13,515 nucleotides of DNA, taken from positions 1 to 13,515 of the forward strand of contig CAZPWM010000086.1 of the NCBI GenBank assembly GCA_964590575.1, read 5' to 3'. This DNA comes from an uncultured archaeon. Lineage in GTDB: Archaea > Asgardarchaeota > Thorarchaeia > Thorarchaeales > Thorarchaeaceae. The translations under genes were made by a program, and so were the position numbers. The notes beneath the pieces are model-generated. The model was not told the origin of the DNA. It was given only the letters and a program-made list of their open reading frames with translations, and did not search any database. This document shows, in pieces, positions 1 through 5,912 of this stretch. Each line of letters starts with the position of its first letter. Position 1 is the first letter of the stretch.

Positions 1-415
1 GGTAGATCAGACCCGGGAATTGCTCTGGTTCGTAAAGGGTGTTCTCAAGCTTCATTGCTGCGAGCTCGAGGTTTAGTTCAGCACCCAGACTTGCACTGGC
101 TACGATGTTCTGAACAACAATGATTGGTTTGCCGGTAATCTCAATTCCAGCTTCCTTAATGTTCTTGACAATCTTGTGAACTGCACGCTTTGCTTCTTTC
201 TCACTCTTCGCTCCAGTGCACACCATCTTACCTGAGTTGAAAATCAGTGTGGCTGTCTTGGGTTTCTTAAGACGGTACACTAGACCAGGGAATTGCTCGG
301 GGTCGAACTCGACGTTGGGCATTGTAGCTGCAATCTCATCGAGGTCGAGTCGCTGATTGAGAATAACTGAAGCAACAACGTTCTCTATCTTGGTCTTTGG
401 TTCTGGACGTGGCAT
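1..415 (-). CDS. tbp: TATA-box binding protein (3' end truncated by window edge)
   Basis: Manual translation from ATG at 415: MPRPEPKTKIENVVASVILNQRLDLDEIAATMPNVEFDPEQFPGLVYRLKKPKTATLIFNSGKMVCTGAKS...VQNIVASASLGAELNLELAAMKLENTLYEPEQFPGLIY. Both TBP repeats are present (NVVAS/NIVAS, PEQFPGL twice, LIFxSGKMVCTGAKS). Not in the ORF track because its stop lies outside the window. Confidence 0.98.
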   Translation of the reverse strand, partial: MPRPEPKTKIENVVASVILNQRLDLDEIAATMPNVEFDPEQFPGLVYRLKKPKTATLIFNSGKMVCTGAKSEKEAKRAVHKIVKNIKEAGIEITGKPIIVVQNIVASASLGAELNLELAAMKLENTLYEPEQFPGLIY

Positions 416-440
416 CTGCTCTTACCTGCCTTTACTTTTC

Positions 441-501
441 CTTTATATAGTATATAAAGTATATAAGGAGCTAAAAATTTCTATATAAGACGCCTTTTAA
501 A
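441..501 (-). promoter_or_regulatory. tbp promoter region with multiple TATA-like elements
   Basis: Inverted repeat CTTTATATA-G-TATATAAAG (441-459), further TATATAAG at 460-467 and 482-489, and TTTTAAA at 495-501, all 26-86 nt upstream of the tbp ATG. Confidence 0.6.
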
Positions 502-564
502 TGTAAGCAATGGTCCGCATAGATTTTTTTTGGGCTATTCAATGGAGAGCTGATCTGAACGTTC

Positions 565-936
565 TCAACAACTGCAATCATCGCGCTTTATTACGATGAT
601 TTTTACCTTGACATCCTCAGCAATATCTCCAAACGCTTGAAGGAAATATCTAGAGGCTTCAATTAATCCTTTTTCTCCCTCGGATGTTAGATGGTAAACA
701 ATCTGTCTACCTTCTTTGCGTCCCTCAATGAGACCTCCTTTTTTCAATTCCTTTAGTGCTGGATAGATTGTGCCAGGAGTGGGCTTTGTACCTCTCCTCA
801 AAGCAATCTTCTCTGCTATCTGTTGCCCGTTCAATTCCTCTTTTTCAAGCTCCCACAGAATCTGAAATGTAAGGAGTCCTCTCATGTCGCAACAATCTGG
901 AGGACAACATCCTGCAGACTCTTCGGAGCCGGTCAT
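565..936 (-). CDS. PadR-like winged helix-turn-helix regulator with Cys-rich termini (putative As(III)/metal sensor)
   Basis: Core MRGLLTFQILWEL...LNGQQIAEKI...PGTIYPALKELKKGGLI...RQIVYHLTSEG matches the PadR pattern (G-x-I-Y-P-x-L; Y-x-L-T-x-x-G). N-terminal GCCPPDCCD and C-terminal DDCSC. Start placed at ATG 936 (MTGSEE, 123 aa), 26 nt from a TTTAAA box, which suggests a leaderless mRNA. Confidence 0.88.
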   Translation of the reverse strand: MTGSEESAGCCPPDCCDMRGLLTFQILWELEKEELNGQQIAEKIALRRGTKPTPGTIYPALKELKKGGLIEGRKEGRQIVYHLTSEGEKGLIEASRYFLQAFGDIAEDVKVKIIVIKRDDCSC

Positions 937-943
937 ACTGTAA

Positions 944-1003
944 TATCGGATGTCCGATACATTTAAATGTATATATAGGATGTCCAATATTGGACACCCG
1001 ATA
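944..1003. promoter_or_regulatory. Divergent promoter with three palindromic operator copies
   Basis: TATCGGA-TG-TCCGATA (944-959, perfect 7-2-7), TATAGGA-TG-TCCAATA (974-989) and TATTGGA-CA-CCCGATA (988-1003). The first two flank a perfect 16-bp palindrome ATACATTTAAATGTAT (957-972) that contains TTTAAA. Confidence 0.8.
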
Positions 1004-1017
1004 TAGATGGTGATTGA

Positions 1018-1149
1018 ATGACTGAAGACAAAGTTGCTGTTAAATGTGGAATACCGAATGGAACAAAGTCAAGAAGTTCATGTCAGTCGACATCATGTGG
1101 TGATAATCGTTTTTCAAATTCTAATCCAATGAAAATGGTGATTGTATGA
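1018..1149 (+). CDS. Small Cys-containing peptide (43 aa), unannotated, upstream of arsM
   Basis: GGTGA Shine-Dalgarno at 1009-1013 before ATG 1018. Translation MTEDKVAVKCGIPNGTKSRSSCQSTSCGDNRFSNSNPMKMVIV*. Its TGA (1147-1149) overlaps the arsM ATG (ATGA), as in translational coupling, and it fills the whole gap between promoter and arsM. Confidence 0.6.
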   Translation: MTEDKVAVKCGIPNGTKSRSSCQSTSCGDNRFSNSNPMKMVIV

Positions 1150-1958
1150 CAGAAATGAAAAGAGTCCGCGATATGAAGCCTGAGGAAATCAAAGAAGAAG
1201 TGCGAAAAGCCTACTCTCGTGTAGCAGAATATAACAGCGATGAAGGGATATCAGCTAATTGTTGCGACGAACCAGCTCAGAATCGATCAAGCTGCTGTAG
1301 CCCAGCTTCTGAAGCTAAGGTCACAAGATTGAATCTTGCTGATGCACTTGGCTATGACACAGAAAGAATGCCTGTTTCTGCCACGGAATCATTTGCTGGA
1401 TGCGGGAATCCTGTTGCACTTGCAAGTCTGAAAGAAGGTGAGGTTGTCCTTGACCTAGGCAGTGGAGCAGGTCTTGACATGTTCGTAGCAAGTAAGAAAG
1501 TCGGTGATGCCGGCAAAGTGATAGGTGTAGATATGACGCCTGCTATGATTGAAAAAGCAAAGAAAAATGCTGAGGAGTTCGGAATCACAAATGTAGATTT
1601 CCGCTTTGGCGACATTGAGGATATGCCGGTTGATGATAATTCAGTTGATGTAGTGATCAGTAATTGTGTCATTAATTTAGCTCCAAGTAAGGCAAAAGTC
1701 TTCCAAGAAGCCTTTAGAGTTTTGAAACCTGGTGGACGCATAATGGTATCTGATATTGTACTATCAAAGCCACTACCTAAGGAAGTGAGTGATGAGGTCA
1801 TCACATACACCAGCTGCATAGGTGGCGCAATTCTTGATGAGGAGTATCTACAACACATGAGAGATGCCGGTTTTGAGAATGTTAAGATAACCGACAAAGC
1901 TGGTGAGAGCCTGCATGGTGCATACAGCGCCTATGTTGCAGGTCGCAAACCTGAGTGA
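1146..1958 (+). CDS. arsM: Arsenite S-adenosylmethionine methyltransferase
   Basis: ArsM/AS3MT motifs: N-terminal CC pairs, GCGNP, SAM-binding VLDLGSGAGLD, GVDMT, VISNCVINL, RVLKPGGR and CIGGA. GGTGA SD upstream. Confidence 0.95.
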   Translation: MTEMKRVRDMKPEEIKEEVRKAYSRVAEYNSDEGISANCCDEPAQNRSSCCSPASEAKVTRLNLADALGYDTERMPVSATESFAGCGNPVALASLKEGEVVLDLGSGAGLDMFVASKKVGDAGKVIGVDMTPAMIEKAKKNAEEFGITNVDFRFGDIEDMPVDDNSVDVVISNCVINLAPSKAKVFQEAFRVLKPGGRIMVSDIVLSKPLPKEVSDEVITYTSCIGGAILDEEYLQHMRDAGFENVKITDKAGESLHGAYSAYVAGRKPE

Positions 1959-1972
1959 TAGGGTGAGGCTTT

Positions 1973-2785
1973 ATGGAAACCGAGGTCGATATTGAAATCA
2001 GTATGCAACATGTCACAGTACCCATCAGTGTGAATAGTCAAGGACCATTCATGTTTACTCTGGACACAGGCGCATCCACCACAACTCTCTCCAAGAAACT
2101 GGCTGAGCAGCTGGGAATCCCAACTAGAACAAGTGATAATCCTGATGCGCGTGGTATTGGAGGAGGGATTCCCACAGAATTTGCTGATGCCACAATTAGT
2201 CTTGGATCGCTTGAGTTTGAAAATGATGAGGTGTACGTTCTAGATCTTGAAGCAATCTTGCGTGGTACAGGAAATCGTGATGGTGTACTAGGATATACAA
2301 CCCTAAAACAATGCACGATGTCACTTAGCTATACCCATCGACGTTTCAAGATAACCAAGGGGTATTCGACCAAGGATGTCAACTGGAACAAATTTGACTA
2401 CATCAAAGATTCCCATCTTGTGGGAGTTCCCGTTCATATTAATGGGAAAGGACCCTATGACTTCGTTCTTGATACCGGGGCTGGAAATACCGTGGTGACT
2501 CCGGAGCTGGCTAAATCAATTGGTCTCGAAGCAAAACCCGTTCAAGGAATTGCTCGTGGTGTGGGTGGAGATATGCAATTAGAGCTAGCGGTAGCTGAAA
2601 CTCTCTCTGTGGGTGACGCAAAAATTTCGAATACTCAAGTAGTTGTTCTAGATCTTAGCAAGGTATCACCAAAGGGGAAATTGATTGAGCACGGAATCAT
2701 TGGCTATGATTTCCTGAGGAACTTTGAAACAGTCATTGATTACCCACAAAAACAATTTTCCTTCATTGATGAACGTAGTTCATAA
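1973..2785 (+). CDS. Two-domain retropepsin-like (clan AA) aspartic protease
   Basis: Tandem repeats, each with a catalytic motif, a flap and a distal hydrophobic-Gly motif: FTLDTGAS...ARGIGG...DGVLGY and FVLDTGAG...ARGVGG...HGIIGYDFL. SD GGTGAGG upstream, 14 nt after the arsM stop. No signal peptide visible. Confidence 0.9.
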   Translation: METEVDIEISMQHVTVPISVNSQGPFMFTLDTGASTTTLSKKLAEQLGIPTRTSDNPDARGIGGGIPTEFADATISLGSLEFENDEVYVLDLEAILRGTGNRDGVLGYTTLKQCTMSLSYTHRRFKITKGYSTKDVNWNKFDYIKDSHLVGVPVHINGKGPYDFVLDTGAGNTVVTPELAKSIGLEAKPVQGIARGVGGDMQLELAVAETLSVGDAKISNTQVVVLDLSKVSPKGKLIEHGIIGYDFLRNFETVIDYPQKQFSFIDERSS

Positions 2786-2798
2786 ACTTCGGAAGACA

Positions 2799-2824
2799 CA
2801 TAGGGCGCTATGATATTATTTTTT
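2799..2824 (+). terminator. Possible terminator after the arsM-protease operon
   Basis: Short hairpin CATAG-GGCG-CTATG (2799-2812) followed by ATATTATTTTTT. Oligo-T tracts terminate archaeal transcription. Confidence 0.35.
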
Positions 2825-2837
2825 CGTGGTTTTCGAG

Positions 2838-3674
2838 ATGAGTGAAGAAAGTACGTACCAGGGATTTGACGGCACCACAATGCTGTTACGGATCTGGAAA
2901 CCTGAAACAGAACACAAAGCTGTGGTTCTTGGAATTCACGGGTTGGGGTCTCATAGTGGGCTAATGGATTTCATGGCTGAGCAGTTCAAATCACGAGGAT
3001 TCACTTTCTATGCACCTGATATGCGCGGGTTTGGTACATTTCCAGGAAGAAAAGGACATGTAGAGAGTTTTGATGAATACATCGAAGACATGGAATCATT
3101 AGTAGCTTATCTTAAGCTAACGCATCACGACAGCAAACTGTTTCTATTTGGCCATTCACTTGGTGGGCTTCACGTAATTCGATATATTGCACATCATCCT
3201 GACGAAGCTGATGGCATTATGATTCCTTGTCCAGCAGTATCAGAGAAACTGAAAATGAGTGGGGCAACTAGAGCAATAGCAAAGCTACTTTCAAAGCTGA
3301 ATGCGAAGATATACTTCAGCAACGGTCTTGATTATGATCTACTTTCACGTAACCCTGAGGTAGTTAAAAGGAATCGAGAAGATCCTCTCAGATTCGACAA
3401 AGCTACTCCCCGTTATGGCGTCGAAGGACTCAAGGCGAGTGAAGAAGGATTCAATCTAGCAAGCCAGGTTACTGTGCCTGTTCTTGTTCAACAATCTGGA
3501 GATGATATGATTGTGGATCCTGAACGAAACAAGGAATTCTATGACAACATTGCCTCTAAGGACAAAACATGGAAACTTTATCCAGGTCTGTATCACGAGC
3601 CATTCCAAGAGGAAGGTGGTGATGAAGTCATAGCAGACTTATTTGATTGGCTAGATGAGAGAATGTTATCTTGA
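2838..3674 (+). CDS. Alpha/beta hydrolase, lysophospholipase/monoglyceride lipase (PldB-like) family
   Basis: HGLGSH oxyanion region, DMRGFG, nucleophile elbow GHSLGG, acid in GDDMIVD and His in LYHEPF. ATG 2838 (MSEES) preferred over GTG 2826. Confidence 0.92.
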   Translation: MSEESTYQGFDGTTMLLRIWKPETEHKAVVLGIHGLGSHSGLMDFMAEQFKSRGFTFYAPDMRGFGTFPGRKGHVESFDEYIEDMESLVAYLKLTHHDSKLFLFGHSLGGLHVIRYIAHHPDEADGIMIPCPAVSEKLKMSGATRAIAKLLSKLNAKIYFSNGLDYDLLSRNPEVVKRNREDPLRFDKATPRYGVEGLKASEEGFNLASQVTVPVLVQQSGDDMIVDPERNKEFYDNIASKDKTWKLYPGLYHEPFQEEGGDEVIADLFDWLDERMLS

Positions 3675-3787
3675 AGTAAACGTTAGTCTTATGCGCTATA
3701 AACAAGCCAGTTTCATCGGTTGATTCAATCATATTAACTATCAGTCATAAGGATTGTTCTCTTACTATAGTTCCGAAGTTAAACTAT

Positions 3788-3802
3788 GAAAAGCCTTTTA
3801 TG
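3788..3802 (+). promoter_or_regulatory. Putative BRE/TATA promoter of the surface protein gene
   Basis: GAAAAG followed by CCTTTTATG. The same AGCCTTTTAT occurs at 5836-5845 upstream of asnS. Confidence 0.45.
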
Positions 3803-3882
3803 CGCGCCGAAGGTTCGACGCCGCCAAGAGTCGAGATGGCTAAAGGATAGTCCGTCTCTTGTCCTATCGAGAGTGACGTTGG

Positions 3883-5808
3883 ATGAGCAAGACACACAAA
3901 GCGTTTGCATTTCTCTTCTTGGTTCTATTCGTGGTTAGTATAGCCACCCCAGTTGCATTTAATGAAACCCTATTTTCAAATGCAATCCTAGAGACATCAT
4001 TTGAACCAGCTGCGACCAACTACGTTGTGGATGTAAGAGTCTATAACAACCTACTAGCATTCAATGATGATGACTTTGAGTTCAGAGTCAGGAATGGTTC
4101 AGTGCCCCTAAATGGCGCTTCTGTGCGACTCTACAACGTAACAACTGGTCTTTTCACAGGTTTTGAAGATGACACAGATGGAAACGGTTATGCTTGGTTC
4201 TCCAACTTACCACAGGGTATCTATCAGTGGAACGTTTCACATCCATCCGATACAGTCACTCCACAAAAAACTGGTCAGATTTTATCCGATGGTCCGGAAG
4301 TTATTGTTGCGATTCTATTCGGCAATCTCGATTGGAAAAATGACGACGACGATCTAAATGCTACCTTAACTGACATTGAAGGTAGACCTGCTCAAAACCT
4401 TAACTTTTCTATCCATCGTACTAGTGACAACTCGATTTGGGCGCAGACTGTAGTGACGAATGGACGAGCAGATTTTTCAAATCTCCCGGAGGATAACTAC
4501 ACATGGAAGGTTTCGGTACTCGGCGATCCGACCTATGATGGTTATCTTTTGGACTTTGGGACTGTTGAGTCCGATGGCACACAGCTTCTATGCACCACAC
4601 CAGAACAGAGTATTGGCGCACTAACTGGAAGTCCTGAATATCTTGATATGGAAATCTTCACTTACTATGAAACTAGCTTGTTTCCTATTGTGGGCGCAGA
4701 TGTTGAGGTGACCTTTAAAAATGGTTCATTATACGACTCAAAGGTTACTCCCACAAATGGTACTGTGATCTTTGTAGACCTTCCTGTCGAATACATCAAC
4801 TGGACTGTAAGCTACATGGGACAACCAGTTGGTCTGGGCAATTACTCCTATGATTTAACTGCAGTTGCTTCAGATTTTAGAGACCCAATCATCACTGGGC
4901 CTGATGATCTTCAAGTCTTGATTGACACAGAGAATGTAACCCTAACTTGGACCGTCGAAGATGAACATCCAAGCTCGATCAAAGTATGGGTTGATGGTAT
5001 TCTCAATATCACAACCTCTTGGGTAAACACAACCTTTGACTATGTATACAACGTGAGTGCTTCATTCCCTGCTTTCATTATTGGTTACTACGAGATCAAG
5101 CTGGTTGCTACTGACCAGAACATGAATTTCGCAGAGGATATTGTTTCACTTCGTTTCTATGAGAATGTGACCCCCGTCATTGAAGGACCTGATCCAATAG
5201 AATTCATCTTCACGGAAACAGGCTATTCACTTTCTTGGAATGTCACAGACGATTATCCAAATATGTATAAAGTTCACGACAACGACGAGCCATTTGCAAA
5301 TGGAATAATCAATCCTGATGAACCGGTCATCAGAATTAGTCTTGATGGTCTTTCTATTGGAATCCATAATTTTACACTTTATGTAAATGACACAAGCGGA
5401 AACAATGCAATGAACAGCGTATTGGTTACTGTTCTTGAAGATACCATTTTTCCAGTGATCACCTTCACTCCTGCAGACATATACTATGCACAAGGAGATA
5501 GACACCAAGTCTACAACTGGACAGCTGTTGACGATTCCAAGGATTACTATGTTATCCTTGTTGATGGTGAGCTTGTGCAAACTGCAGACTGGACAACCTC
5601 AAACATTGAATTCGATTTCTCAGGATTACTCCAAGGGCAACACAATGTGACTTTGAAGGTCTATGACCTCGGAGGTAATATGGCTGAATCTACCGTGAAG
5701 GTATATGTTTCTGCTTCAACCGCTATGGTATACCTCACCTCAGCAGCTCTTATCTCGGTAGGAGTACTAGCTCTTATAGGAATAATCTGGTTTGTGAGAT
5801 ATCGTTAG
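3883..5808 (+). CDS. Membrane-anchored cell-surface glycoprotein with tandem beta-sandwich (Cna-B/prealbumin-like and Ig-like) repeats
   Basis: N-terminal signal peptide (MSKTHK plus hydrophobic stretch). Three units ending NGxxxFxxLPxxxxxWxVS, then three PxI...WxxxD...(D..GN) Ig-like units. About twenty N-x-S/T sequons. C-terminal TM helix with RYR tail. Confidence 0.85.
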   Translation: MSKTHKAFAFLFLVLFVVSIATPVAFNETLFSNAILETSFEPAATNYVVDVRVYNNLLAFNDDDFEFRVRNGSVPLNGASVRLYNVTTGLFTGFEDDTDGNGYAWFSNLPQGIYQWNVSHPSDTVTPQKTGQILSDGPEVIVAILFGNLDWKNDDDDLNATLTDIEGRPAQNLNFSIHRTSDNSIWAQTVVTNGRADFSNLPEDNYTWKVSVLGDPTYDGYLLDFGTVESDGTQLLCTTPEQSIGALTGSPEYLDMEIFTYYETSLFPIVGADVEVTFKNGSLYDSKVTPTNGTVIFVDLPVEYINWTVSYMGQPVGLGNYSYDLTAVASDFRDPIITGPDDLQVLIDTENVTLTWTVEDEHPSSIKVWVDGILNITTSWVNTTFDYVYNVSASFPAFIIGYYEIKLVATDQNMNFAEDIVSLRFYENVTPVIEGPDPIEFIFTETGYSLSWNVTDDYPNMYKVHDNDEPFANGIINPDEPVIRISLDGLSIGIHNFTLYVNDTSGNNAMNSVLVTVLEDTIFPVITFTPADIYYAQGDRHQVYNWTAVDDSKDYYVILVDGELVQTADWTTSNIEFDFSGLLQGQHNVTLKVYDLGGNMAESTVKVYVSASTAMVYLTSAALISVGVLALIGIIWFVRYR

Positions 5809-5814
5809 ATTGCA

Positions 5815-5845
5815 TGATGGCCCGCGAAGGCCGTCAGCCTTTTAT
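5815..5845 (+). terminator. Hairpin plus T-tract after the surface protein gene; may overlap the asnS TATA box
   Basis: TGATGGCC-CGCGAA-GGCCGTCA (5815-5836; 8-bp stem with one G-U) followed by GCCTTTTAT. Confidence 0.4.
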
Positions 5846-5912
5846 CTTCAACCTGAGAGGTCAAAAGAATCACAGCTTCATTTGGTTGTGATGTTGTGTT
5901 TAGGTGAAAACA

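Noticed and set aside
535-567. Selenocysteine readthrough of the regulator's TGA, giving DDCSCU-ERSDQLSIE*
   Set aside because: A Cys-Sec pair would be attractive and some Asgard archaea use Sec. However, I see no AUGA/GA SECIS-like stem downstream on the minus strand, and TGA is a common stop here. Homologues with Cys at this position would reopen the question.
937-987. 17-aa N-terminal extension of the regulator in the ORF track
   Set aside because: It runs through the operator/TATA palindromes. ATG 936 fits a leaderless start.
944-1003. CRISPR array or transposon ends
   Set aside because: The repeats are 16 bp and overlapping, without unique spacers. No cas, transposase or integrase gene is in the window.
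1352-2316. Antisense ORFs 1352-1897 and 2038-2316
   Set aside because: Shadow frames of arsM and the protease, with no recognisable motifs.
3812-3826. tRNA-like GGTTCGACGCCGCCA (T-loop plus CCA)
   Set aside because: Only two T-stem pairs, too short a spacing to CCA, and no acceptor, D or anticodon arms.
3831-3880. Fluoride riboswitch (GAGATGG resemblance)
   Set aside because: It lacks the downstream pseudoknot and CTRATG elements, and the downstream gene is unrelated to fluoride.
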